The notes under the pieces: model-generated
What the model was told of the DNA's origin: nothing
The model's database searches: none
What the model saw: the letters and a program-made list of their open reading frames with translations, nothing else
Shown: positions 9,681 to 20,985 of the stretch, piece after piece
How positions within the stretch are numbered: the first letter of the stretch is position 1
Layout: every line of letters starts with the position of its first letter
Program-made: the position numbers and the translations under genes
Assembly (NCBI GenBank): GCA_937981455.1
Contig: CALJNV010000140.1
Location: 1-38,176, forward strand
Reading direction: 5' to 3'
DNA from: an uncultured Bacteroidales bacterium
GTDB taxonomy: Bacteria > Bacteroidota > Bacteroidia > Bacteroidales > TTA-H9
DNA: 38,176 bases

Positions 9681-11339
9681 TTAGTAAACGAAACTACTGC
9701 CGCCCAAAAATTCTCTCAAAATGCTAGTGGGAGGAATCTCGCGTGCCGAAATAGGCTGGAAATAAGACAAAAACTTAAGCAAGCGATTTGCTTCTGCGTA
9801 TTCTGGCTCACATTCTGGAATCGTTTTAAGCAATGGCTCGGCATAAGTTTTAAGCACAGCCAGTTCATATAAAAGCGCAGAGTTAAACATTACTTCCGCA
9901 TTTTCCTGATAAGGAAAGATATATTTTTCTTCACCATTACGTACACTGGGCCAGCGACGAAGAGTTTCAAGGGCTGAGTAGCCTCTAAATCGATAGTCGC
10001 GCACCATACGCCGAATGAGTCGATTATCAGTGGAATGAATAGGATTTTGTGCATCAATAGAAATCTGGGTGAGCGCTGATACAAAAATGCCAAATTTACA
10101 GGATGGTTCAATAGCCGGGGTGAGCTCTGGATTCAACCCATGAATACCCTCTACCACCAAAATCTGATCCTTGGTCATGCGAACCGGTGCTGGAGATAAA
10201 CTTCTTTTACCGGTTGTAAAATCGAATCGAGGCAACCTTACCTCTTTGCCTTGCATGAGATCATTGATATTTTGATTAAACAGAGCAATATCAATGGCTT
10301 TGATGGTTTCGAAATCGTAGTCTCCGTTTTCGTCGCGAGGCGTAAGCTCGCGATCCACGAAATAATTATCGAGCGAAATCTGCATAGGCCTTAGGCCCAA
10401 AACCATAAGTTGTATAGATAAGCGCTTGCTGAATGTGGTCTTGCCCGACGATGAGGGTCCAGAAATAAGTATCACTCTTACGTGATCCCGCATCTTATAA
10501 ATTTTATCAGCAATGCGCGCAATGCGTTTTTCATGCAGGGCTTCGGCAATTTTTATCAAGTCAGTGTCGCGCTTTTCCCGGGTGGCCTCATTCAAATCGC
10601 CCACATAAGCGGCCCCCAAAATATTAACCCATTTTCGATGTTCGCGAAATACTTTGAATAATTTAGGCTGATAGTAAACTTTATCGGGTATTTCAAAGGT
10701 TTCGGGATCGGGAACCCTGAGGAGAATACCCTTGTAATAGGGTTGAAGATCAAAACGGGTGAGATAGCCAGTTGAGGGTACCAGGTAACCATAAAAATAA
10801 TTGATGTAACCGTTCATTCCATATACCGAGGTGTACATCTCATGTCGCAACCTGAAAAGTTTAGCCTTTTCGAAATGGCGGTGTTTTTCAAACAATTCAG
10901 CGGCTTCAGGTGTAGGGATTTCATTCCGGGTAAATGGAAGATCTTGCTTTACAAGCTCTTCCATCTTCGATTTCAATTCATAAATCAAGTCGGCATTTAC
11001 CTCGGCACCATCCACCTCGGCATACCATCCCTTGCTTACACCATGCTCGATGCGCAAAAAAGCTTGTGGTTTGAGTTCCCTCAAAGCAGCGTAAAGCAAA
11101 AAAGCAACACTGCGTACATACATCCGGTAACCAATCGGATGCGTGTAATCTATGAACAAAATGGTCTTGGGTTTGTAGAGATCGTAATTGAGCTCTCTTA
11201 ATTTGTTGTTGACCAAGGCACCCAAGACGGGATAACGGGTTTCAATCTTTAAATCTTGTGCAATTTCACGCAAAGTGGTTGCTCTGGGATAAGATTTGCG
11301 TACATTGTTGTTGATACAAATTATTTCTATGGTGCTCAT
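9681..11339 (-). CDS. nucleoside/uridine kinase family protein with N-terminal TGS/ThrRS-like region
   Basis: P-loop GPSSSGKTT, SLDNYF, VEGIHGLN, RLIRRMVRD and SILREFLGGS motifs. N-terminus has GALVNNKLREL and a ThrRS N2-like segment. Confidence 0.9.
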   Translation of the reverse strand: MSTIEIICINNNVRKSYPRATTLREIAQDLKIETRYPVLGALVNNKLRELNYDLYKPKTILFIDYTHPIGYRMYVRSVAFLLYAALRELKPQAFLRIEHGVSKGWYAEVDGAEVNADLIYELKSKMEELVKQDLPFTRNEIPTPEAAELFEKHRHFEKAKLFRLRHEMYTSVYGMNGYINYFYGYLVPSTGYLTRFDLQPYYKGILLRVPDPETFEIPDKVYYQPKLFKVFREHRKWVNILGAAYVGDLNEATREKRDTDLIKIAEALHEKRIARIADKIYKMRDHVRVILISGPSSSGKTTFSKRLSIQLMVLGLRPMQISLDNYFVDRELTPRDENGDYDFETIKAIDIALFNQNINDLMQGKEVRLPRFDFTTGKRSLSPAPVRMTKDQILVVEGIHGLNPELTPAIEPSCKFGIFVSALTQISIDAQNPIHSTDNRLIRRMVRDYRFRGYSALETLRRWPSVRNGEEKYIFPYQENAEVMFNSALLYELAVLKTYAEPLLKTIPECEPEYAEANRLLKFLSYFQPISAREIPPTSILREFLGGSSFVY

Positions 11340-11343
11340 AGCT

Positions 11344-14202
11344 TTACTTTAAAATGCATTGTAGAAACTGACCGGTATAACTCTCGGGATGGCGAGCAAT
11401 TTCTTCGGGGGTACCGGCAGCTACAATTCTACCCCCTTTTTGCCCGCCTTCGGGGCCAATGTCGATTATGTAATCGGCTACTTTAATCACTTCCATGTTA
11501 TGTTCAATCACCAAAATAGTATTCCCCCTGTCGGTTAGGGTTTGCAATACTTGAAGCAATACATTTACATCTTCGAAATGAAGACCTGTGGTAGGTTCAT
11601 CGAGAATATAAAGTGTTTTTCCTGTATCGCGACGCGAAAGTTCAGCCGCCAGCTTCACTCTCTGGGCTTCACCCCCTGAAAGGGTAGTCGACGACTGCCC
11701 AAGCGTAATGTAACCTAAGCCCACATCCTGCAAGGTTTTAATTTTTTGAACGATTGAAGGAATATTTTCAAAAAACTCCACGGCCTGATCGATGGTCATG
11801 TTCAGCACATCGTTGATACTTCTTCCCTTGTATCGAACTTCGAGTGTTTCCCGATTGTATCGTTTACCCTGACAGGTTTCGCAAGGCACCATCACATCTG
11901 GAAGAAAATTCATTTCTATAACCCTAAGTCCGGCTCCACCACAGGTTTCGCATCGACCTCCCTTAACATTAAATGAAAATCGACCGGGTTTATAACCCCG
12001 TATTTTGGCTTCAGGCAAAGAGGCATACAATTGACGAATCTCATCGAAAACTTTAGTATACGTGGCTGGGTTGCTTCTAGGGGTTCGACCAATAGGGGTT
12101 TGATCGACCTCAATAACTTTATCGATGTATTTAAGACCCTCCAGAGAATCATAGGGCAGGGCCGCTTTTTGGGAACGATAAAGTTCACGACTCAGTATGG
12201 GGTATAACGTTTCATTAATAAGGCTCGATTTTCCGCTGCCCGATACGCCTGTAACGCAGACAAAAAGTCCCAGCGGCAAATCCAGCGTAACATTTTTTAA
12301 GTTGTGTCCTCTTGCGCCTTTCAGGATAAGGTGCTTTCCATTTCCCTTACGTCGGGTAGAAGGTATAGGAATACGTTTTTCGCCCCGCAGATATTGACAA
12401 GTTAAAGAATTTTGTGTGAGCAATTGTTCAGGGGTGCCAATGGCCACAATACGTCCCCCATGAATACCTGCACCAGGGCCCATATCAATTACATAATCCG
12501 CAGAACGGATCATCTCTTCGTCATGCTCCACCACGATTACTGAATTACCACTGTCGCGCAGGGCTTTCAATGAATCGATCAACCGATGATTGTCGCGTTG
12601 ATGAAGGCCAATACTTGGTTCATCGAGGATATAAAGTACGCCCGTAAGTTGACTCCCAATCTGCGTAGCCAGGCGTATTCGTTGGCTCTCACCTCCCGAA
12701 AGACTTCGAGCGGTTCTGTTGCACGATAAATAACCCAATCCAACATTGAGCAGAAACTTTAGCCGCGATCGTATTTCTCGAATAATCTCTTTCCCTATAA
12801 TAAATTCTCTATCACTGAGGCGTTCTGGCAATTCTGCAAACCATGCGTCAAGGCTCTCCAAATCCATTTGGGCCAACTCGGCAATATTCTTTTCAGCTAT
12901 TTTATACCATAGAGATTCTTTTTTAAGCCGCGTACCTTCGCACTCAGGGCACTCTACTTGATTGATAAAACCGCTTACCCATTTGCGAATGTTAGCCGAC
13001 TCGCCTTCTTCATATTGATTCAAAATAAAATTCACCAGTCCGTCGAAATCGAGGCGATAGGTATTTACAACCCCAGCGTATTCTTTTTGAAAAACAAAAC
13101 CTTCACTACTGCCATAAAGTATAGTGTTGATGGCTTCTTCTGGCAACTCCCCTACTGGGGTGTCGAGGGTACAGCCGTAACGTTTTACAATACCTTCGAA
13201 TTGGGTAAAAATATAGTTGTTTTTAAATTCACCCGCCGGAGCGATGCCTCCTTTGCGAATACTTAGCCTGGGGTCGGGAAAGACCTTTTGAAGATCAATT
13301 TCGCTGATTTGCCCCAATCCCCTGCATCGTGGACAGGCACCATAAGGCGAATTAAAAGAAAAGGTATTAGGCTCGGGTTCTTCGTAGGCTAAGCCCGTTT
13401 CAGGGTCCATTAAATTGCGGCTTAAATGGCGCAGCTCACGCGGGTCATCTTTCAATAGAATTATACTTCCCTTGCCTTGCCTCATGGCAGTATCTATTGA
13501 GCGCACCAATCGATCGTGATTCTCCTCATTGATCACTATCCTATCGACCACCAACTCGATATCGTGAACTTTGTATCGATCGAGCTGACGAACATCACTG
13601 AGTGATTTCAAATCTCCGTCAACCCTTACCCGGGTATATCCCTGCTTTCGCAGGTTATCGAAAACTTCACGGTAGTGCCCTTTGCGTCCTTTAACTAAAG
13701 AGGCTAAAATATAGAGTTTCTCACCGGCATATTCTCTTTCAATTAGTTCCCTGATTTCTTTCTCAGAATATTTAATCATAGGCTTTCCGCTCAGATACGA
13801 ATAAGCCGTGGCTATGCGAGCAAACAACAATCGCAAAAAGTCGTATATTTCAGTAATGGTGCCAACGGTAGAACGTGGATTGGTAACCGTAGTCTTTTGA
13901 TCAATAGAGATTACGGGGCTCAGGCCGGTTATTTTATCTACATCGGGCCTCTCAAGATTTCCAATAAATTGCCGGGCATAGGCCGAGAAGGTTTCCATAT
14001 ATCGGCGTTGTCCTTCAGCATAAATCGTATCGAAGGCCAGCGAGGACTTACCGCTGCCACTCAAACCTGTAAAAACCACCAGCCTGTTGCGAGGTATGAC
14101 CACATCAATGTTTTTCAGGTTGTGAACCCGAGCCCCTTCCACCCTGAGTTCTTCCTGCATCAATACTTCAGCGTGCAATTCAACAGTATCTTTCACACTC
14201 AT
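11344..14202 (-). CDS. uvrA: excinuclease ABC subunit A
   Basis: Two ABC ATPase modules ([21 protein letters not shown] twice, LDEP twice) and Cys zinc-binding motifs. ATGA overlap with the upstream stop. Confidence 0.99.
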   Translation of the reverse strand: MSVKDTVELHAEVLMQEELRVEGARVHNLKNIDVVIPRNRLVVFTGLSGSGKSSLAFDTIYAEGQRRYMETFSAYARQFIGNLERPDVDKITGLSPVISIDQKTTVTNPRSTVGTITEIYDFLRLLFARIATAYSYLSGKPMIKYSEKEIRELIEREYAGEKLYILASLVKGRKGHYREVFDNLRKQGYTRVRVDGDLKSLSDVRQLDRYKVHDIELVVDRIVINEENHDRLVRSIDTAMRQGKGSIILLKDDPRELRHLSRNLMDPETGLAYEEPEPNTFSFNSPYGACPRCRGLGQISEIDLQKVFPDPRLSIRKGGIAPAGEFKNNYIFTQFEGIVKRYGCTLDTPVGELPEEAINTILYGSSEGFVFQKEYAGVVNTYRLDFDGLVNFILNQYEEGESANIRKWVSGFINQVECPECEGTRLKKESLWYKIAEKNIAELAQMDLESLDAWFAELPERLSDREFIIGKEIIREIRSRLKFLLNVGLGYLSCNRTARSLSGGESQRIRLATQIGSQLTGVLYILDEPSIGLHQRDNHRLIDSLKALRDSGNSVIVVEHDEEMIRSADYVIDMGPGAGIHGGRIVAIGTPEQLLTQNSLTCQYLRGEKRIPIPSTRRKGNGKHLILKGARGHNLKNVTLDLPLGLFVCVTGVSGSGKSSLINETLYPILSRELYRSQKAALPYDSLEGLKYIDKVIEVDQTPIGRTPRSNPATYTKVFDEIRQLYASLPEAKIRGYKPGRFSFNVKGGRCETCGGAGLRVIEMNFLPDVMVPCETCQGKRYNRETLEVRYKGRSINDVLNMTIDQAVEFFENIPSIVQKIKTLQDVGLGYITLGQSSTTLSGGEAQRVKLAAELSRRDTGKTLYILDEPTTGLHFEDVNVLLQVLQTLTDRGNTILVIEHNMEVIKVADYIIDIGPEGGQKGGRIVAAGTPEEIARHPESYTGQFLQCILK

Positions 14203-15188
14203 TTCGATGTATCCACCTCATTAACTGACTCCCTGAGCAGGGCATCGTAATCGTTATACTTACTTGTTGCTATTTTTATTGTATAAACTTTTCCAGATTT
14301 TACTACAAGTGCAGTATCGCGAATCCAAGGATTCAATTCTCGTAAAATACGGTAATTGATTCCTTGTTTACGAGACCATTCTACCAAATTTGGTATATTT
14401 TCCGAAACAGTTACTTCTTTTATGGGAAGTCTTGGATACAAATCTTCCTTGCGCAGCACATACCCATATCGTTGAGGATGTTCGAAGATGAGTTTGAATG
14501 CCAAAATCCTGAAAACATAACGCGAAGTTTCTGGATTCATATACATTTCATAGTAATTGGATGTTTTTTGGGTTCCTACAATGCGATCCATACGCCCCAT
14601 ACCCCCATTAAAGGCAGCAGCGGCAGTGGTCCAACTGCCGTATTTTTGGTAAGCTTTTTTCAAAAACTTACAAAAAGCCTGGGTTGCTTTTTCAAGATGA
14701 TAGCGTTCGTCAATCTGAGGATTAACCTCAAGCCCGTATTCTTTAGCTGTTTCAGGCAGAAACTGCCAATAGCCTGCTGCACCCGCAGGGGAAACATCGT
14801 GTAAAAAACCACTCTCAGCCAATACCAGATACTTAAAATCTACAGGAACACCTTCACGCTTGAGTATAGGTTCAATGACAGGAAAAAATCGATGCGCACG
14901 TTTAAAAAGTATCAACGATTGACTGTGCCAATAAGTATTTATGGTTAGCTCCCTGTCAAGGGACTCACGAACATAAAAAAGGTTGAGGGGAACATTTTCG
15001 CCTGCAAACGACATTTTTCGAGGTAAAGGGACTGCCACTGTGGCAGCACCGGAACGTTTCATAAAGTCATCGTCGAAAGGTTCTGCAGTAAAATGCCAGG
15101 CAGCAAAAACAAGGATTACCAATAAAATGGCAAGATGAGCTAATAAAAGAACCCGATATTTTTTCTTAAAATCGAATAATTTTCTCAT
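14199..15188 (-). CDS. lytic murein transglycosylase (SLT/MltD-like)
   Basis: AESG catalytic Glu, GAAGYWQF, DERY, AAFNGG and ETSRYV motifs. N-terminal TM and C-terminal LysM-like LRELNPW. ATG at 15188. Confidence 0.9.
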   Translation of the reverse strand: MRKLFDFKKKYRVLLLAHLAILLVILVFAAWHFTAEPFDDDFMKRSGAATVAVPLPRKMSFAGENVPLNLFYVRESLDRELTINTYWHSQSLILFKRAHRFFPVIEPILKREGVPVDFKYLVLAESGFLHDVSPAGAAGYWQFLPETAKEYGLEVNPQIDERYHLEKATQAFCKFLKKAYQKYGSWTTAAAAFNGGMGRMDRIVGTQKTSNYYEMYMNPETSRYVFRILAFKLIFEHPQRYGYVLRKEDLYPRLPIKEVTVSENIPNLVEWSRKQGINYRILRELNPWIRDTALVVKSGKVYTIKIATSKYNDYDALLRESVNEVDTSK

Positions 15189-15230
15189 AAAACTCTTATA
15201 AATCGCAACACAGGTCAAAAAAAAGCTTTG

Positions 15231-15238
15231 CAAAATTA
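15231..15238 (-). promoter_or_regulatory. -7 element for the SLT-uvrA gene run
   Basis: Minus strand reads TAATTTTG, 42 nt upstream of the ATG at 15188. Confidence 0.6.
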
Positions 15239-15302
15239 CACCATATTACTGCAAGCAGAAGAACCCATATGGGGATAAAACCTATATGCAAGCCTGAACT
15301 AC

Positions 15303-15338
15303 AAAGAGAAAACAGCCGGAATATGGCATCTCCGGCTG
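15303..15338 (-). terminator. intrinsic terminator after clpC
   Basis: Perfect 8-bp stem CAGCCGGA / TCCGGCTG (15313-15320 and 15331-15338), followed on the minus strand by TTTTCTCTTT. Confidence 0.8.
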
Positions 15339-15361
15339 CAGCTCAAAGAGGTTGGACCCTA

Positions 15362-17938
15362 TCACGACAGGCCAGGCGTTTCCTGGGGTGTAGTATGTGA
15401 AGAGGTTTGAATAACAATCTCTTGTTTATCATTGTCGAAATCTATAATGATGGTATCACCCGCCTGCATTTTGCTGCGAATAATTTCCTCGGCAAGGGCA
15501 TCTTCTACATATTTTTGAATAGCTCGTTTTAGAGGACGAGCGCCAAAATTGGGATCCCATCCTTTTTCTACGAGAAAATCTTTGGCACTGGTGGTAACCA
15601 TGATTTCGTATTTCAGAGAGCGCACCCTTTCATAAAGAAATTTCATCTCTATATCGATAATCTTGTGTATGTCTTCACGCTCTAAATTTTCGAAGATGAT
15701 GATGTCGTCGATACGGTTAAGAAACTCAGGCGAGAAGGTTTTTCTGAGGGCATTTTCTATCACACTACGGGCATGCTCATTTTGTTGGGCCGTTTTAGCA
15801 GCTGTAGCAAAGCCTACACCTTGACCGAATTCTTTTAATTGGCGCGAACCGATATTGGAGGTCATGATAATGATGGTATTTTTGAAATCCACCTTACGAC
15901 CCAGGCTATCCGTTAGAACGCCATCATCGAGTACTTGCAGGAGCAAATGAAAAACATCGGGATGGGCTTTTTCAATTTCATCCAGCAGTACAATGGAATA
16001 AGGTTTACGACGAACTTTTTCGGTAAGCTGTCCGCCCTCTTCGTATCCTACATAGCCTGGAGGTGCGCCAATGAGGCGAGATACAGCGAATTTCTCCATG
16101 TACTCGCTCATGTCTATGCGTATCAAAGCATCCTCAGAGTCGAAAAGATACCTAGCCAACACCTTGGCCATGTGGGTTTTCCCTACACCTGTAGGCCCCA
16201 AGAAGATAAAATTACCAATAGGTTTATTAGGATCCTTCAGCCCAGCCCGATTTCTTCGAATGGCACGTACTATTTTGCGAATGGCTTCATCCTGCCCAAT
16301 GACGCTGCCTTTCAACTCTTCTTCCATATGTAACAGCCTTTCGCTTTCATTTTGGGCCACCTTCTGTATCGGAATGCCTGTCATCATGGCCACAACCTCC
16401 GAAACATTTTCTTCGGTAACCCATTCCCGATGTATACGCGACTCTTCTTCCCAGCGTTTTTTGGCCCGCTCCAGTTCATTGCTCAACTTACGCTCCGTAT
16501 CGCGATGCATGGCGGCTTCCTCAAACTTTTGGGCACTAATAGCTGCATTCTTCCTTGCCCTCACCTCTTCTATGTTTTTCTCTATATGAAGGATTTCTTC
16601 TGGCACTCTGATATTCTTCATATGCACACGGGCTCCTGCTTCGTCGAGGGCATCAATGGCTTTGTCAGGCAAATAGCGATCTGTAATGTATCGCAGGGTA
16701 AGATTAACACATGCTCGAAGTGCCTCGTCAGTATATTTTACCAAATGATGGTCTTCATACTTTTCTTTGATATTGTTAAGTATTTCAAGAGTTTCTTCGG
16801 GTGTGGTGGGGTCAACCATAACCTTCTGAAAACGCCGTTCGAGGGCACCATCTTTTTCAATATATTGGCGATATTCGTCAAGTGTAGTAGCCCCTATAAC
16901 TTGTATCTCGCCTCTGGCCAAGGCGGGTTTAAACATATTGGATGCATCGAGGCTTCCTGTAGCGTTGCCAGCTCCTACCAACGTGTGAATCTCATCAATA
17001 AAAAGAATCACATCCGGATTTTTTTCCAGTTCATTCAAAACGGCCTTCATCCGCTCCTCAAATTGGCCTCTGTATTTGGTTCCGGCTACCAAGGAGCCTA
17101 AGTCGAGAGCTACAATGCGCTTGTTGAAAAGCGACCGAGGTACCTGCCGCTTGATTATACGAATGGCCAGTCCTTCAGCAATGGCCGACTTACCCACACC
17201 GGGCTCTCCTATTAATATGGGATTGTTTTTCTTACGGCGACTTAAAATTTGCGCAATCCGCTCCATCTCCCTTTCTCTTCCTACAATGGGATCCAATCTA
17301 CCCTCTTCGGCAGCACGCGTAATGTCGCGCCCAAAATTATCGAGTACTGGTGTGCGGCTTTTAGGATCTGCGTTGCGCTTGAGATTCTGAAATTCTTTAT
17401 CTTCATCCGGCTCATCTTCTGCGTCACCTCCTCCGCCCCGGGAATATCCATCCCTGGGCTCCTCATACCGCGATTCCTTTTCTTTGTCCTCGGGGCGAGC
17501 TGTCATGGTCCTTACTTCATTCTTAATGTCTTCATAATCAATGTTGTAATCCTCCAGAACCCTAACTACCAGATTGTCACCTACTTTTAAAATGGCTAAT
17601 AAAAGATGTTCGGTCCCAATGAGCTCACTTTTCAAGTCTTTAGCTTCTAAATAGGTCATCTTAAGCACCCTTTCAGCTTGTTTCACCAAACCGATGTTCT
17701 TGCTTTCTGCATCGGGTAATGGGGCTACAGGCTTTGCAATGGCACTTTCAATTGTCTTACGCATTTCGTTCAGGCTGGCACCCAAATACAACATAATTTG
17801 CACAGCCATGCCCTCCCCTTCTCGCAATATACCCAAAAAGATATGTTCTACACCAATTACATCGCTTCCCAACCGGATGGCTTCCTCGCGGCTGTATGAC
17901 AAAACGTCTTTAACTCTTTGTGAAAATTTAGCTTCCAT
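15362..17938 (-). CDS. clpC: ATP-dependent Clp protease ATP-binding subunit ClpC
   Basis: Two Clp_N repeats, AAA1 (GEPGVGKS), UVR-type middle domain ([11 protein letters not shown]) and AAA2 ([18 protein letters not shown]), plus GVGF loop. Confidence 0.95.
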   Translation of the reverse strand: MEAKFSQRVKDVLSYSREEAIRLGSDVIGVEHIFLGILREGEGMAVQIMLYLGASLNEMRKTIESAIAKPVAPLPDAESKNIGLVKQAERVLKMTYLEAKDLKSELIGTEHLLLAILKVGDNLVVRVLEDYNIDYEDIKNEVRTMTARPEDKEKESRYEEPRDGYSRGGGGDAEDEPDEDKEFQNLKRNADPKSRTPVLDNFGRDITRAAEEGRLDPIVGREREMERIAQILSRRKKNNPILIGEPGVGKSAIAEGLAIRIIKRQVPRSLFNKRIVALDLGSLVAGTKYRGQFEERMKAVLNELEKNPDVILFIDEIHTLVGAGNATGSLDASNMFKPALARGEIQVIGATTLDEYRQYIEKDGALERRFQKVMVDPTTPEETLEILNNIKEKYEDHHLVKYTDEALRACVNLTLRYITDRYLPDKAIDALDEAGARVHMKNIRVPEEILHIEKNIEEVRARKNAAISAQKFEEAAMHRDTERKLSNELERAKKRWEEESRIHREWVTEENVSEVVAMMTGIPIQKVAQNESERLLHMEEELKGSVIGQDEAIRKIVRAIRRNRAGLKDPNKPIGNFIFLGPTGVGKTHMAKVLARYLFDSEDALIRIDMSEYMEKFAVSRLIGAPPGYVGYEEGGQLTEKVRRKPYSIVLLDEIEKAHPDVFHLLLQVLDDGVLTDSLGRKVDFKNTIIIMTSNIGSRQLKEFGQGVGFATAAKTAQQNEHARSVIENALRKTFSPEFLNRIDDIIIFENLEREDIHKIIDIEMKFLYERVRSLKYEIMVTTSAKDFLVEKGWDPNFGARPLKRAIQKYVEDALAEEIIRSKMQAGDTIIIDFDNDKQEIVIQTSSHTTPQETPGLS

Positions 17939-18032
17939 CTATTTTTTATCGTCTCTAATATTAACAATCAATCTTAAATTTTTGTTCTTCAGTGTCTTTT
18001 AAGAAGAACATGAAGTTCAATAAATTTCGATG

Positions 18033-18040
18033 CAAATTTA
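18033..18040 (-). promoter_or_regulatory. -7 element for clpC
   Basis: Minus strand reads TAAATTTG. Confidence 0.55.
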
Positions 18041-18198
18041 CGACCAAAGCTGCAGGTGTCACATATTTTTTTTCAAAATTAAAGCCTATCAGCCATTCAG
18101 ATCCTATTTCTTGGTTTATTTTTTCAACAATCTGCCATTAGTTTATCAACAGCATCATTCCTGTTGTGGGTTGATGGGGGGGGTAATTATATTTTTCG

Positions 18199-18206
18199 TA
18201 ACTTCG
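18199..18206 (+). promoter_or_regulatory. variant -7 element for gyrA
   Basis: TAACTTCG followed by CA, one mismatch to TAnnTTTG, 53 nt before the ATG. Confidence 0.45.
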
Positions 18207-18259
18207 CAGTTCGGTATTTGAAGATGCAAATACTTCATTTTGTTAATTTTATAAATTGA

Positions 18260-20869
18260 ATGGAAGAATTACAGGCAAAAGTAGTTCCGGTAAACATTGA
18301 GAATCAAATGAAATCGGCCTACATCGATTATTCGATGTCGGTCATTGTTTCAAGGGCATTGCCGGATGTAAGAGATGGTTTAAAGCCGGTGCACCGCAGG
18401 ATATTGTATGGAATGTATGATCTGGGGATACTGAGCAATCGACCATACAAAAAATCAGCCCGAATTGTGGGGGAAGTATTGGGTAAATACCATCCCCATG
18501 GCGACTCATCGGTGTATGATGCCATGGTAAGAATGGCGCAGGATTGGTCATTGCGTTACCCATTGATTGACGGTCAGGGCAACTTTGGCAGCATCGACCA
18601 AGATCCACCCGCCGCGATGCGATATACCGAAGCCAGGCTGCGCAAGATAGCCGAAGAGATGCTGGCAGATATAGACAAAGACACTGTTGATTTTCAAAAT
18701 AATTTCGATGATTCGTTGCAAGAGCCGGTAGTTTTGCCCGCTAAATTACCTAATTTGCTTGTGAACGGCTCCTCAGGTATAGCCGTGGGAATGGCTACCA
18801 ACATGCCGCCTCACAATCTGCGCGAGGTTGTTGAGGGTTGTATCGCTTACATCGACAATCGCGATATCACCGTTGCCGAGTTGATGAATTATATCAAAGG
18901 GCCCGATTTTCCCACCGGGGGTATCATCTATGGCTACGACGGGGTGAAAGAAGCCTACGAAACAGGAAGAGGCCGCATAATCATCAGAGGAACAGTTAAA
19001 ATAGAAGAAGAAAACAACCACGAACGCATTGTGGTTACCGCAATTCCTTATCAGGTTAACAAGGCTGAAATGATCAAAAAAACAGCCGAGCTGGTGAATG
19101 AAAAAAAGATTGAAGGCATTTCTGATATTAGAGATGAATCGGATCGCTCAGGGCTTCGCATTGTTTATGAACTCAAACGTGAAGCCAATACCAATGTGGT
19201 GCTCAACCAACTTTATCAACACACACCCCTGCAGACCTCCTTTAATGTAAACAACATAGCGCTGGTCAATGGCCGGCCTATGACCCTCAACTTGAAAGAC
19301 CTTATCATTCATTTTATTAACCATAGGCATGAGGTTATTACCCGTCGTACACGCTTTGAGCTGGATCAGGCTGAAAAAAGAGCCCATGTGCTCGAAGGCC
19401 TCCTCATTGCACTCGACCATATCGATGAAGTGATAGCGCTCATCAGGGCCTCAGCCGATACAGAAATTGCCAAAAACGGACTAATGGAGCGTTTTGGCCT
19501 TACCGAAGTGCAGGCTAAAGCGATACTGGCCATGAGGCTCTCCACCCTTACAGGACTTGAAAGAGAAAAACTGCAAACTGAATACGATGAGCTCATGCGC
19601 ATGATAGACTATTATCGACAGATCTTAGCCGATGAAGGGATGCGCATGGATATCATAAAAAAAGAACTCATTGAGCTCAAAGAAAAATACGGAGACGAAC
19701 CCAAAACCGAAATTGAATACCGAGCACAGGATTTTCGTATCGAAGACACTATCGCTGACGACAGCGTAGTGGTCACCATTTCTCATCTGGGATATATAAA
19801 ACGCACACCCTTAAGAGAATATCGCCGCCAAAAAAGAGGCGGGCAGGGCGCCAAAGGCAGTGATATACGCGACGAAGATTTTGTTGAACACCTTTTCACA
19901 GCCACCAATCACAATTATTTGTTGCTTTTTACTGAAAAAGGAAAATGTTTCTGGTTAAGAGTCTTTGAAATTCCGGAAGGTAACAAAAACTCTAAAGGCC
20001 GTGCCATACAAAATCTCATCAATATCGACCCAGAAGATAAAATAAGGGCCTATATTAATCTGAAAAATTTGACAGACCCTGATTACATCAACAACAACTA
20101 CATCATTCTGTGTACCCGCAAAGGAACCATAAAAAAGACAAGCCTTGAAGCCTACAGCCGGCCTCGTGCCAATGGCATCAATGCCATAAACATCAGGGAA
20201 GGAGATACGCTTATTGAAGCTCGGCTGACCTCGGGTAATAGCGTAATCATCATGGCCTTGCGGTCGGGCAGAGCGATTCGCTTTCCGGAGGAAAAAGTAC
20301 GCCCCATGGGCCGCAATGCCACTGGGGTGAGAGGAGTGACCCTTGCTCACGACAGGGATGAAGTCATCGGAATGATTTGCATAGACGACCCCAACGATAC
20401 CATCCTGGTAGTTTCAGAAAAAGGTTTTGGGAAACGTACCCCACTGGACGATTATCGTGAAACCAACCGAGGAGGCAAGGGGGTAAAAACCCTGAACGTC
20501 ACCGAAAAAACTGGAGAACTGGTAGCCATCAACAATGTGAAAGATACCGACGACTTAATGATAATCAACAAGAGTGGCATCCTTATTCGCATACCTGTGA
20601 GTGATCTTCGCTTGCAAGGTAGGGCCACCCAAGGCGTCAAACTCATCAATCTGAAAGATGGCGATGAAATTGCTGCTGTAACGCGTGTTGAACCCGAAGA
20701 TGAAGAGGTAGGCAACGAAAGCGAAAATTTACCTGAAATTAACGACCGCATTCATCCGGCACCTGAAGACGCTCCAGACGTTATGCCTGAGTTCGAGAGT
20801 GGTCCTATGGAATCAACCGAGGATGTATTCAACGACGAAATTCCAAAACCAGATGAGGACGAACTTTAA
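18260..20869 (+). CDS. gyrA: DNA gyrase subunit A
   Basis: [32 protein letters not shown] (catalytic Tyr), GyrA-box QKRGGQG, C-terminal pinwheel repeats and acidic tail. Confidence 0.99.
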   Translation: MEELQAKVVPVNIENQMKSAYIDYSMSVIVSRALPDVRDGLKPVHRRILYGMYDLGILSNRPYKKSARIVGEVLGKYHPHGDSSVYDAMVRMAQDWSLRYPLIDGQGNFGSIDQDPPAAMRYTEARLRKIAEEMLADIDKDTVDFQNNFDDSLQEPVVLPAKLPNLLVNGSSGIAVGMATNMPPHNLREVVEGCIAYIDNRDITVAELMNYIKGPDFPTGGIIYGYDGVKEAYETGRGRIIIRGTVKIEEENNHERIVVTAIPYQVNKAEMIKKTAELVNEKKIEGISDIRDESDRSGLRIVYELKREANTNVVLNQLYQHTPLQTSFNVNNIALVNGRPMTLNLKDLIIHFINHRHEVITRRTRFELDQAEKRAHVLEGLLIALDHIDEVIALIRASADTEIAKNGLMERFGLTEVQAKAILAMRLSTLTGLEREKLQTEYDELMRMIDYYRQILADEGMRMDIIKKELIELKEKYGDEPKTEIEYRAQDFRIEDTIADDSVVVTISHLGYIKRTPLREYRRQKRGGQGAKGSDIRDEDFVEHLFTATNHNYLLLFTEKGKCFWLRVFEIPEGNKNSKGRAIQNLINIDPEDKIRAYINLKNLTDPDYINNNYIILCTRKGTIKKTSLEAYSRPRANGINAINIREGDTLIEARLTSGNSVIIMALRSGRAIRFPEEKVRPMGRNATGVRGVTLAHDRDEVIGMICIDDPNDTILVVSEKGFGKRTPLDDYRETNRGGKGVKTLNVTEKTGELVAINNVKDTDDLMIINKSGILIRIPVSDLRLQGRATQGVKLINLKDGDEIAAVTRVEPEDEEVGNESENLPEINDRIHPAPEDAPDVMPEFESGPMESTEDVFNDEIPKPDEDEL

Positions 20870-20945
20870 TTAAGTTTTTCCTAAACCATTGTCCATATTT
20901 TTTTAACTCCCAGGCACAACTCTTGTAAGATGCTTACTATCAATT

Positions 20946-20953
20946 TATATTTG
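20946..20953 (+). promoter_or_regulatory. -7 element for the TPR gene
   Basis: TATATTTG, 32 nt before the ATG. Confidence 0.6.
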
Positions 20954-20985
20954 CAACCTCAAAATCAATCTTAAAAACAAGTCAC

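Noticed and set aside
8973-14804. Plus-strand ORFs opposite the protease, kinase, uvrA and SLT genes (e.g. 9324-9872, 14364-14804)
   Set aside because: They overlap well-supported genes on the other strand and show no family signal.
15935-17590. Long plus-strand ORFs (132-249 aa) opposite clpC
   Set aside because: Antisense shadow frames of a conserved gene, with no recognisable motifs or promoter.
18480-18530. Quinolone-resistance substitution in GyrA
   Set aside because: The QRDR reads [10 protein letters not shown], with the usual Ser and Asp residues retained.
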